A stretch of DNA of 64,000 nt, taken from NCBI RefSeq assembly GCF_037042905.1, contig NC_087251.1:30630001-30694000 (forward strand), read 5' to 3'. How positions within the stretch are numbered: position 1 is the first letter of the stretch; every line of letters starts with the position of its first letter. A program made the position numbers and the translations under genes. The stretch comes from Lytechinus pictus (taxonomy: Eukaryota). This document shows, piece by piece, positions 1 to 12,500 of this stretch. The notes under the pieces are model-generated. The model worked only from the letters and a program-made list of their open reading frames with translations. It was not told where the DNA came from and did no database searches.

Positions 1-699
1 CAAGCCAAATGTTGAATAACTTAAAATCCAGGCCCATTAACACAAATCTTAGCATTTGATGGTAGAACAAATTTATGATTGATTTGCATTGACCACAATG
101 TACAATCAAACTTGAAAATCAAGTTTATGATCGATTGTAAAGTGTTGTGATTTAGGGACCAGGAGATGAATTTGTTCTAATTCCCACTGGATTGAAGAAG
201 AATTTCCGACAATTCAAAGGAGGTTGAGAGGTGAAATTGATATCAAGTACAGATTGACCGATGCTCAACTGGTATGGAATTTGATTGATGGTCAGTTTGA
301 TAAAAGGCAATATGTGTTTTAATGTTAGGGACCTGCAGGTAAAGTTTGGGTTTAAAATCATCATCTCATTCCTACATCTGTGCCTTTCAGTTATAGACAT
401 CTGAGTTTATATGCTTATTTGTCTAATGTAAAATATATTTTGGTTATCATATTGAATAACCATGTTCAATCTTTATTTAAATTTGTTCGAAAATGAGCAA
501 AATTCCTCTTAAGAAAAACAGTCTCTAAATGGGAAGTTCATCCTGACATTAAACTCGTAATAAAAACAGAAAAAATGAAACATATTAATAAGGATTTAGT
601 GCACATTGATTAAAGAATATTTCAGTTTTGGATTTTGTAAATTTTTGATTTGTGATGTCACAGTTTAGCAGCTTCTACATAATTCGTGTGATATGAAAA

Positions 700-880
700 A
701 AGACGTTAGAAGATGGGAGTTGCTGCTACCCTGTTTGGCGTTCAACGATTAAAGGGATAGAGCCTCGTCGATCTGGCGCTGCACAGCGGCTGCCGGGCCC
801 ACGATCAATTGGGCAAAGCAAATTTTCTGAGAATTTCATTTCATGTCTATTTCGAACAATAAATTATGGATTTTGGATTT
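700..880 (+). mobile_element. 5'-truncated SINE-like fragment
   Basis: GC-richer insert AAGACGTTAGAAGATGGGAGTTGCTGCTACCCTGTTTGGCGTTCAACG resembles, from memory, a conserved SINE central domain; ends in AATAAA plus (GGATTTT) repeats. Confidence 0.4.
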
Positions 881-3386
881 CTGATGGATTTTCAACAAAC
901 CTTTTTTCTCATTTTCTGCTATTAAACAAAAGAAAATAACTTAATGCCCCCCCCCCCCCCAATATGAATATTCATGACTGCGTCTTCGGAATAAGAGTAT
1001 GGAGAGTTTCCTATTTAGAGATCAACTCTTGCTTTTTGCAGAGATTAGAACATTGATTCCAAATAAAATGATTTAGAAAGAATGTTGCCTTGTAAGTTTT
1101 ACTTGCTGCCGCTACTTGTCTGAAGTTATCAGGACTAAATGCAAAATTTTGAATTGTAGATAATATTTTGTAGGCTATCTATTATCTAGTAAATATTTCA
1201 AGATGTAACAATGTCATTATCCTATCAAGTCCATTTTGGGATAAATATTTATAAACAAAAAGAGAATCTGGACTACTTTTCACCCTCTTCTTATAAACCA
1301 CTATGTCTATAATACTCTGGATCTCGAACCCCCTTGATCTAATCAATGAAGACATAAAGTTGGTTTGAAATAGTAGACTTTTAGTGCCAGGCTGAGCTTT
1401 AAGATATCGTATTTATCAACAAGATGCAGGCAAGCGTCCCTGACATTCAGCAGACCACATTTGTCATCTCTCAAACCTGCTTTCTGCTAATGGCCACTCA
1501 CACTAAGCTGTTGGGATTAAATCAAAGTGTTCTCTGTATTTATAATGCCAAGATAATTTATTTTATAATCATTTTTTTTTGGTGCAATGTTATTTATTTA
1601 GCAATATTTATTTCCTATTTCCAAGAATTAGAAAAGAAAAGTAATAATCATCCAACCTTTAAAAAGAGGAGGTGAATTATTGTTTTTTTCTTCCAGAAGT
1701 GAATTCATGTTTTTAGATTATGAGTTAAATAACCACCACCCCACAAAAAATGAGAAAAGGGGGAAAGAAAAGGAAAAATATTGTAATATAACTTGCATTA
1801 AAATTTAATATTATTTAGTATTGTAGTTCTGTTTTTAAAAGCCAATTATGATTTATATACAATCAAAGTCTCTTTTTGAGAGTAAGGAAATAACTTTTAC
1901 TGGATTTAAATTTTAAAAAAGACTTAAAAAGGGTGTTATTTTCTCAATCAGTAAGAGTGGTAAATAGAGTAGCAGGTCCAGGGGGAATTACATGCAATCA
2001 AGGAATGTACACACTGAGAAAAAAAATATATACATACCTCTAATATTGTCTGATCCTTTATATCAGTTGTCCTCTGCTGTTTCCAGAAAAAACAACAAAA
2101 ATGCAGTTATTCCATTCTTACAATAATATATGAAATATAAACCTTGCATAGTAGAAGGAATTTAAGATGATACAGTGATTTCCTTCCAGGTAATAATGAG
2201 TGTCAATATTGTAGTGCTCTCCTCAACTCACTAAAGATAGTAGACATGCGATCCCCCTTTCGCATCGTCTCAAGATGACTCTACCAGTATGCACACACAT
2301 TACTCAACACACACACACATAATGAAATCAAAGGGCAGGATATGAATATTCATGAGCTGGTGATGCTGATAGACCAATAAGATGAGGAGTAGATCTTGTG
2401 AAGGAAGCATAGAGGACCAGTCAAAGTAGAGACATATATTTACCGGGGCAGTATCAAAGCAGAATAAATAACATCACTATTAAATGTTAAATCGATTCAT
2501 GAACATTATGTCTGCCTAAACGACAAGGGGCCAGACTTGACTACCATTCATGCTATTTACTGGTTCCTATTATTCTTGCTTTTCTATGTATTCATAACTG
2601 ATAACTGGCTGTAAACTTGTAAAATTGTTTTATCATTGCATTGGATAATTCATTCATTCCTTCATTCATTCATTCATTCATAAATAATAAAAAAATCATT
2701 CGTTCATGAAAAAGGTGAAATATGCACCACCAACCTGATAGGTTGCCGGGCCTGGTTCTTGTTATGCTTGATCCTTAATAAAGACATGATGTACTACTAT
2801 TAAAGTTGCAGTGGGGCCCTTATCTGGGTTATCCAAATTAATGCTTCAAAAAATATATATGTATATGCATGTGTTCTTTTTCACACATAAATAGAAGGAA
2901 TGGTAATCTGAATTCATAGGACATGAAAAATGTGAACTAAAAACACCAGATTTGATTTATCTTCTTTATGAAGTTTGTTATATTCCATTCACAGCCAAAT
3001 TTTTACTTAGCCTTATACAGGGTATCACCCTCATGAAATACTTGACTTTTATCTTTACCTTGAATTTAAAAAAATCAGTCAATTACACTTTTCTGGGTTA
3101 TTTGGGGGCAAATAAGTGATTATTTAAACATTTGTCAATTTATAATTCAAAATTATCTCATAAAAATCAAATAAATTCACTCTAAATTTAGATGGAGATA
3201 CATCATTGTCAATTTTTTTTTCTTTTTATGTGATCAAAATGAGTCGTATTATTTTTTTCTTAATGTAATTGTAAATAACTGTTTTGGATGAATTTTCTCT
3301 TATATTTTTATAATAAGAGTTTTTTAGGTATCTTTGCAATGTTTACATTCTGTTATTGTGTTTGCTTGTCCTATTCCTTGTTTTAG

Positions 3387-3513
3387 GTCTTTCAACGCAT
3401 GTGTACAAGGAACGTGGCGTGTTATACAGCGCAACATTGGGTCTTGTTGACATCAGTCGAGGAACTAATTCTTTCTACAAACTGCAGCTTATCAAACATG
3501 ATACACAATCTCG
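3387..3513 (+). CDS. PARP1: PARP1 exon (start of WGR domain)
   Basis: ttttag|GTCTTT...TCTCG|gttagt; encodes [41 protein letters not shown]. Confidence 0.93.
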
Positions 3514-6500
3514 GTTAGTATTATGCTGCTAATGATAACAAAGGTTATGATGAGCATGAGAATAGTGGTGATTATGTGGTGATGGTGGGGATGATGATGA
3601 TGATGATGACACTGATGATGTTGATGGGGATAGTGATGATGGTGGGATGAGTAGGAGGATGATGATGATGATGATGGTGGTGGTTGTGATGATGATTGTG
3701 GTGGTGGTAGTGGTGATGGTAGTGGTAGTGGTGGCGGTTATGATGAATGTGGTGGTGATGATGATGGTGGTGGTGATGATGATGACGAAGATGATGATGA
3801 TGACACTGATGATGTTGATGGGGAGGGTGATGATGATGAGGATGATGATGATGGTGGTGGTGGTGGTTGTGATGATGATGGTGGTGGTGTTTTTGGTGAT
3901 GGTAGTGGTGTAGTGATAGTGGTATTGGTGAGGATGATGAATATGGTGATGTTGATGATGATGATGACGATGATGATGACGACGATGATGATGATGATGA
4001 TGACGACGATGATGATGACACAGATGATGTTGTCAATGATGATAACAATAATATTGATGGTAATGCCGATGTTGGTTATGGTGATAATGAAGAGGATGAG
4101 AGTCATGATGGTGATGATGATGGTGATGGCAATGATGATTTTGGTGATGATAATGACTGCAAATTTGTGTGATGTCAATAATGTATCATAATCAGATGAT
4201 TGCACAATGTTTGATTTTACCTTGTCTCCCATAAAGCCACTGGGTTTATCGAGCATGGGGACGCGTTGGTACTACAATTGGAGGAAATAAGACGGAGGAC
4301 TATGGATCTAACTTGGATGGTGCCAAGGAGAGTTTCAAAGCTCTGTACCAAGAGAAGACTGGTAACAGGTTTGGTGCCAAGAACCCTGTCAAACATCCTA
4401 TGAAGTTCTTTCCTCTGGACATCAGCTATGAAGAGGTAGCTAACTCACTTTAAACTTTTTCGGGATGTATTGAAAAATGCCTGTCTTTTTTTTCTGGGGG
4501 GGGGGGTGTTTCTTCTACAATCCTCAATGCTTACAATCTACTCAGAATCAAAGAGTCTGAAAACAAGATAAAAATTGAATGATATCTCCAGCAAGCATCC
4601 AAAAGTGATTGATATTCTATGATTGCTAAGTTTTTGGTTTCTTTTCTTGACATTGGTAACTGCTTTCCATCCACTTTTAATTCCAGTACCTTGTAGAGCA
4701 ATGTTGTTTCAATTTACACAACCTGCTGTACTGCCAGCAGGCGACCCAGCATCTCGTCTGCAGGCACAGACCCTGATTGGAGCTTTGATCAACAAGTGGG
4801 TCTTCACAAAAGACTAGCACATTTTTTAAAGCGAGTGGGCCTTCAGTACAGGATTCATTGTAAGCTGTGTATTCAGACCACTTAAAGGGATGCTCCGGGC
4901 TCAGAATATTCATATCTAAATAAATAAAGTAAAATTCACAGAGCAATATGCTGAAAATTTCATCAAAATCACATAACAAATAACAAAGTTGCAGCAATAA
5001 ATAAATAATGCACTTAATCAGTCGTCAATCCATTTGTTTTAGTTCTTGGTAGAAAATTTTCAAATAAACCTAATTTCATATAAAATACAAAAGAACAAGT
5101 GGGGATATGACATCTCTAGCCCACCTAATGAATATTCATGAAGACAAGCCTAGAACTGTTTCACTGTGATAATGCAAATCGTTAAAATTCAATAACTTTG
5201 TCATTTGTTATCCGATTTTGATCAAATTTTCAGCATTTTGCTTGGTAAATTTTACTCTATTTGTTTAAATATAAATATTTTCAGCCTGGAGCATTCCTTT
5301 AATTCTAGAGAATGGTTTGTACAACAGACTACCCAGAATCCATCACAAGTTACTGTCAAACCCATTTCATGTTTTGCTTTTATGCAATAACATTTCCACA
5401 GCGAACTGCGAGTTGAGAACTCAAACTAATTGCCACCCTTTATGGATAGTTATTTGTGCAGATATATCACCGTACATTGGGTGATTTCAAGTACAGTGTT
5501 GAAATCTGGTGTTGGTGTTTTCACAACACCAGCCACAACACCGTGCTTGAAATCATGCTGGTGTTAAGATTGACCTTGTAAAATATGATGTATTTCCAGC
5601 AGTTTGTGTTGAGCGCTGGTGTTGAATGTTGTCTGCTGACCCGAGCATTATAGCTGGTGTTGACGATCTACGATCAATTTCCCCATTCACCAACACCAAC
5701 ACCCAGGGATTGGGAAAATCGTGATTTCAAGTTCGGTGTTGGTGTTCGTGTTGATGAACTGTAGCTCGCGAACACGATGAAACATCCCAGTAAAATTATC
5801 TTTTACAGTTAAGATGAGCGCAAAAATCATTAGACTTTTATATATTTTAATGAAAAATAATATTTATGCTTTCTAATTCTTGCAGTGATTTTAACCTGTG
5901 CATTCTGTACGATAAGATTTTAGTGTCTCGCCCACCAGAGGTGAAGGCGAGACTTAGGGATCCAAATGTTGTCCGTCCATCACAAACCTTATGACACATA
6001 AATCCACAACCGTAAGTCACTTTTCTCAACCAAACTTGGATGGTAGATGGACTTGGGGGACCTGCATGTTATGCTGCAGTCGGAGGTCACATGGTAAGGT
6101 CAAAGGTCATTTTCAGGTCAACGTCAAAGTTTACATGCAAGACGCTCCTATGACACCTAACTCTGCAACTGTAAGTCACTTTTCAACCAAACTTGGATGG
6201 TAGATGGACTGTGGGGACCTGCGTGTTATGCTGCAGTCGGAGGTCACATAGTAAGGTCAAAGGTCAATTTCAGGTCAACTTTAAAGTTTACATGCAAGAC
6301 TCTCTTATGACACCTACTCCGCAACCGTAAGTCACTTTTCAACCAAACTTGGATGGTAGATGGACTGGGGGGACCTGCATGTTATGCCGCAGTCGGAGGT
6401 CACATGGTAAGGTCAAAGGTCATTTTCAGGTCAACGTTAAAGTTTGCATGCAAGACTCTCTTATTAAACCTAACTCCGCAACCGTAAGTCACTTTTCAAC

Positions 6501-9500
6501 CAAACTTAGATGGTAGATGTACTTAGGGGACCTGCATGTTATGTAAAAGTCGGAGGTCACACGGTAAGTTCAAAGGTCATTTTCAGGTCAATGTTAAAGT
6601 TTACGTGCAAGACTCTTATGACAAGTGTTATTCCATCCCAGTCATTTCACAATGAAGTTTCGATACAATTCTGTTGTGTGCCCTCGCAAATCACGATATT
6701 TCTGATTATTTTCATTAGTGGGCGAGACACAAAATCGCTTTTGCCTTGTTGCAATTTTTGTCTCGCCTGCATAGCAGAGCGAGACTATAGGCGCCGCTTT
6801 TCCGACGGCGGCGTCAACATCAAATCTTAACCTAAGGTTCAGTTTTTGAAATGACATCATAACTTAGAAAGTATATGGACCTAGTTCATGAAACTTGGAC
6901 ATAAGGTTAATCAAGTATTACTGAACATCCTGCCTGAGTTTCAGGTCACATGACCAAGGTCAAAGGTCATTTAGGGTCAATGAACTTAGACCATGTTGGG
7001 AAAATTATTTTCAAAATCTTAACCGAAGATTAAGTTTTTGAAATGACATCATAACTTAGAAAGTATATGGACCTAGTTCATGAAACTTGGGCATAAGGTT
7101 AATCAAGTATTAGTGAACATCCTGCTCGAGTTTCAGGTCACGTGACCAAGGTCAAAGGTCATTTAGGGTCAATGAACTTTGGTCAAGTTGGGGGTATTTG
7201 TTGAATTACTATCATAACTTTGAAAATTTATGGATCTAGTCCATGAAACTTGGACATAAGGTTAATCAAGTATTAGTGAACATCCTGCCTGAGTTTCAGG
7301 TCACATGACTAAGGTCAAAGGTCATTTAGGGTCAAAGAACTTTGGCCAAGTTGGGGGTATTTGTTGAATTACCATCATAACTTTGAAAATTTATGGATTT
7401 AGTTCATGAAACTTGGACATTAGGTTAATCAAGTACCACTGAATATCCTGTACGAGTTTCAGGTCACATGACCATGGTCAATGGTCATTTAAGGTCAATG
7501 AACTTTGGCCGTGTTGGGGGTATATGTTAAATTACCATCCTAACTCTGAAAGTTTATGGATCTAGTTCATAAAACTTGGACATAAGAGTAATCAAGTATC
7601 ACTGAACATCCTGTACGAGTTTCAGGTCACATGACCATGGTCAAAGGTCATTAAAGGTCAATGAACTTTGGCTGTGTTGGGGGTATTTGTTGAATTACCA
7701 TCCTAACTCTGAAAGTTTATGGATCTAGTTCATAAAACTTGGGATATAAGAGTAATCAAGCATCACTGAACATCCCCTGTGAGTTTCAGGTCACAAAACC
7801 AAGTCAAAGGTCAGTTAAGGTCAATAAACTTAGGCCATGTTGGGGTAATTGTTGAAGTGCCATCATAACTTTTAAAGTTTATGGATAGAGTGAATGAAAT
7901 GTGGACATGGGTGTAGTTGACAGTCTTAAGTCTCCGTTCAAATGCCATTTATGGTCAATGAACGTTGTATTATGTCATTATATAAATGATGTTTTTGTGA
8001 ATGATTATTTTATAGTAGTTTTCAAAGTTAGCACTGCTGGTATATTAAATTGCGTAATGCAGGCGAGACTGCCAGAGGCGTTCCACTTGTTTACGATTTC
8101 ACCTTCGTTGTCGAGAATTTCTCGCGTAAAGTTGAGATGATCAGTAGTGCAGAGGCGTGATGTCATGTGCTATCAATAACGCGATCGGTATCGCTCCTCT
8201 TAACTCAGCTCGGTGTTGGAACTCGGTTCAGCAGCCTTTTCACGCTCTCAACATCAACACCGAACACCGTACTTGAAATCACCCATTGGCCCAAGAAGTC
8301 CATCTTATAATTGCAGCATTAAGATTGATTCTATTTCGTATTTATGAAAATTTGATACAGGGAAGACGAAGAACACCAGCTAGATGAATCCCCAGATCAA
8401 CACAGCCAATGCAGCTACATGAGCGCACATAGAGCCTGCGCATAGGAAATGATGCTGCCAATTGATGCATAAAATTCGGTGATAATATCAGTACTATTAA
8501 TTGGTATCATAGAAATATTTGTATAGCAGGTCGCCCAAGTTATCAGTCTGCCCTAAATTATATGTTACGCACTGCATATATCTGCCTGTCCTTGCTTGCC
8601 TGCATTTTCTAGTCCTTGTGCCGAAGCAGCCCAACAGACCTATTGGTGCTATGAAATGTGTAATGTAACAGGAAGTATGTGTATAAACTAAAATACACAT
8701 AATATAAACATTTAGAGTATATGACTCAAAAACATATAACCCAATATGACTCTTATGGTATCAACACGGTCATTCATATCATGAAAAACATCCACTATCT
8801 CGTAAACCCTTGAAAAAAACATTAATTTGAGATTTAACTCTTGTCAGACCCATGTCAGCTTGGGAGTAGAAGTTGTTGGGAGGATTTAAAATAGAGTGAC
8901 TCACAAAATAACGTTATTTGTGTGACACTACATATTTCTTCAACAAATTCTGACTCTATTTACTTTGAAAACTGGTTGATATATTTCCTCTAGTCAGAGT
9001 GCTAATCATATAAATTCCTCTCATTTTGTAGGAAGAGGAGCGAATTGCATCAAGTAAAGAACGTGCAGGAAAGACATCTAAGCTGCCCAAGCCGATCCAG
9101 GATTTGATGAAAATGATCTTTGATTTAGAGGAGCTCAAGAAAACTATGCTGGAGTTTGAGGTCATTCTTTTTTATTTCAACTAAATATTTACCTCCATGT
9201 TATGTGCTTGGATAGCATCAATTGGTTTTCTGTATTGTGTGGTTGTTGATAGTTCTGGGGTTGATTCACACAGATTAAAGTCTTGACTAAAAGTAACAAA
9301 AAAGTACCAACTTCCAATGCATAATCATAAATTCGATTACTAGCTTTTCAATGTGGTTATACGCTATATACCACTTGGTAATTTGTGTTGGTTTTTTTGG
9401 ACTAGTCTTTTTGAAAACTTTGTGAAACTTTTCCATGGTTTTAATTCTTTGTATAGAAATATTGATTATAATTTATAGTCATCAAAACTGTCACAATCAA

Positions 9501-12500
9501 AGAAAACTCTCGCTTATTGTGTATATGCATATTGCTTTGCAAATGAGGTTCAAATCATCCTACATGTATGTACATGCAAACATTAATGTTTAATGTCGCT
9601 ATTACTTTATGTCCCACATTTAGAAAATAAATTATTGAAATTAAACATATAACTTGTCATGTGGCCTTATTTAACCCATGGGTGTGCTTAATTCACTTTG
9701 TGAAATACGAATTTAGGACTTACTTGTTAAATCTGATCCATGGGTTAGAGATAGCATATTAACACCTTCATGAATAAGATGTTCAGTGGGTTGATAGAAA
9801 ATGTATTAAATTTGGTGTATCCATTACGATTAGCTTGATTCAGTAGGTATGATGACTTGGTCAGTAGAGCCTTCGTCTTTTTTGCTGGCTTAAAAGCATT
9901 CATGCTTTCTTAGCAATAAAGTAAAAAAATCACCATCACCACCACTGAATTGTATATCAATATGAAGTTCCTACTGTTTCTTTCTCTTCATTTTAGATTG
10001 ATCTTGAGAAGATGCCACTGGGAAAGCTGTCTAAGAAACAGATTGAGGATGCTTACAAAGTTCTTACAGACCTTCAGAAGGTAATTAGAGTAGGATCTGC
10101 ATATATCAAATCTCTTGGGAACACAATCATACAATATGTTTGACTTGGGCAAAAATTCAACGGAGAAGATGTAAATAACAGATGTTCAGCATTTTCTGGC
10201 CTGAAAAAATGATGCTTCAACTTTGGCGAATATTTGACTTGGAAGGCTAACTTATTCAACTCTACTGTATGTCCTTTATATTATGTTATAAAACAGGTTC
10301 AAGGATGTAGCCAATAGTGAGTTCATATGCAAGTCACTTGTTCATGCTTTGATTTTATGCAACCTCCCAGCAGCACTGTGCACATTTATTGTGCAGCATT
10401 GTGCATTTTGGGTGCATCTTACCCACAGCTCTAAAAAAACTGAGACGCTATGTGAATTACGCATTTTCTCACAGAAAGGGCTATGGCAAGGGCTAAGGTG
10501 CACATACTAAATGCACCAATGATGTCATTAGTAAGCAGTGCGATCCTCATAAACTTGGAGGGACTCGAACAACATCTTCACTACAGATTTTACTGGCGAC
10601 CCATTTTATAAAACAAATAATGCACATTTTTATATTTGTTTGTAAGTGATAATGCAGGCATCTTGGGTATTCGAAACAATATGCAAATGCCCTTGAATGC
10701 GCTGCATTGCCAAAACACACTCATATCGTAATTTTTTGGTCAATTTACTCCTTGATACAATATTGCATTACCTGTGGTCAGTATCTGGTCTCTTGGACGC
10801 CGTTCTCATTACCTTCCTAAAACTAGTTTACTGGAAACTAGTTTAACGTGTAGTGAGAACGGTCAAAGTGATCTTAGAAGCGATCTTCCAAACCCGTTCA
10901 GAAAACCACCTCGCGATGCAGTTTTCAAGATCGCTTTGGCTCGTTAAACTGGTTTTAGTGTAAGTGAGGACACAACCGTTCTTCGGGGAGCGATCTTTGC
11001 ACATTTTGATTGCGCTACCCCACACGACAGGTGAAGAATGCCTATGCTGCGGTTTCGAATTTCATGCGAAACGTGTCACCCCACTGAGAGCGTTTCCATA
11101 TAGCAACAAGATCGCTTTACGTGTAGTGATTTTGAAAACCACTTTCGGGTGATCAAGTGGGAACGCTAGCAAATCGATCTTCCAAACTGGTTTCCTGAAT
11201 CGGATTCCAGTAAACTAGTTTTTGAAGGCGTAATGAGAACGGCCTCTTGGTGTATAGATCCGACATGCAGATAATTCCATGTCTCACATGAACAAGTATA
11301 CTACACCATTATCGTGACTCTCAACCCTTTTTCTTGTCAATGAAGTTTTTAAACCTGTATCCTTGTTTTTATTTCATTCAGTTGGTGACTGATAAAGCTA
11401 CTCAATCAGCCATCTTGGATGCGTCTAATCGGTTCTACACACTCATTCCACACAACTTTGGCTTGAAATCTATTCCACTTCTTGATACACTTGACATCAT
11501 TCAGGTAGGTACAGATTACAGAAGTTAATTAGATTGCTCCATTTTACTCATGTTCTGACATGACTGTATGATATTTTATATGTCTATGAATGTTCTCAAT
11601 CATCCAGGTAGATAAGATTTACGATATAATTGTAAAGACTTGTCAACTTGACAATTTACGTCCTATCCAGGATGCTTCATCAGGCCGAATGACCTTATTC
11701 TGCAATTTGTGGTTCTCCTGTAACAGGGTTAGGAATTTTGAGAGCATTAGGGAATCTTCTAAATTGCCAACTTGTAAGCTCTGGCTTTTTCCCATAAATT
11801 AAGTACATATTAAACATATTTAATACGTTTTTAATTTAACGAATATTGAATTTATATCCATGTGATGTACAATTTTTCCATATTTGCTGATGATGTATGT
11901 TTGGTTTGAATTATATCCCTTTTTCCAGGCCAAGACTCAGATGTTGGCTAATCTTCTAGACATTGAGATTGCATACAATATGCTGAAAGAAACAGGAGAA
12001 GCTGGTACAGACCCTATCGATGTTCACTATCAAAAACTCAAATGTGCCATGGAGGTATGCCTTTTGAAAAAAAAATTTGGGACAAATTGTGTTTTCTTTG
12101 TGAAGATTATTATAGTGATAAGAATGATGTTGATGATTATGACGATTATCATCTTGCTGATGATTGCTGATAATAAAGGTGATTATAAAGATGATACTGG
12201 TAGTGGTGGTGGTGATGATGATGATGACAATGGTGGTGGTGTTAGTGGTGTTGGTGGTGGTGGTGATGATGAAGAAGAAGATGATGATGATGATAACAAT
12301 TATGATGATGTTGGTGACAATGGTGATGTTGGTCGTGATAATGTAGAATTGCATTGATACTTATTCTTAAAGCATCTTCCATGTATTCTACCCCTTTCCA
12401 GTTTCTCCTATGCAATGATTAAGGTTATGATGATTTGTCAGATGATTGTATGAATGTAACAGCACATTTTATTTTCTTCAAATTATGGGAAAAAACGTTG

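Larger units (their letters stand above)
5479..8284. mobile_element. PIF/Harbinger-like MITE hosting two nested HINE-like elements
   Basis: TIR GGGTGATTTCAAGTAC(A/G)GTGTT at both ends (21/22); 3-bp TSD ATT. Confidence 0.75.

Noticed and set aside
1..3386. Searched for upstream PARP1 exons (BRCT/linker)
   Set aside because: No convincing exon with PARP1 similarity; the region appears intronic with repeat fragments
3572..4256. Long ORFs rich in His/Ser/Met/Val/Ile on both strands
   Set aside because: Translations of an intronic (GAT/GGT)n microsatellite lying between two in-frame PARP1 exons
5918..8091. Regularly spaced repeats resembling a CRISPR array
   Set aside because: Whole 157-163-bp units repeat with no unique spacers; eukaryotic intron; no cas genes; transposon-like termini
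7901..8140. Repeated [16 protein letters not shown] (also at 35403)
   Set aside because: Lies in the non-coding 3' part of the HINE-like repeat; GTG start; no recognisable domain
11884..12357. 157-aa ORF with an acidic Gly/Asp tail
   Set aside because: Only 11929-12054 is a PARP1 exon; the rest is read-through into a microsatellite
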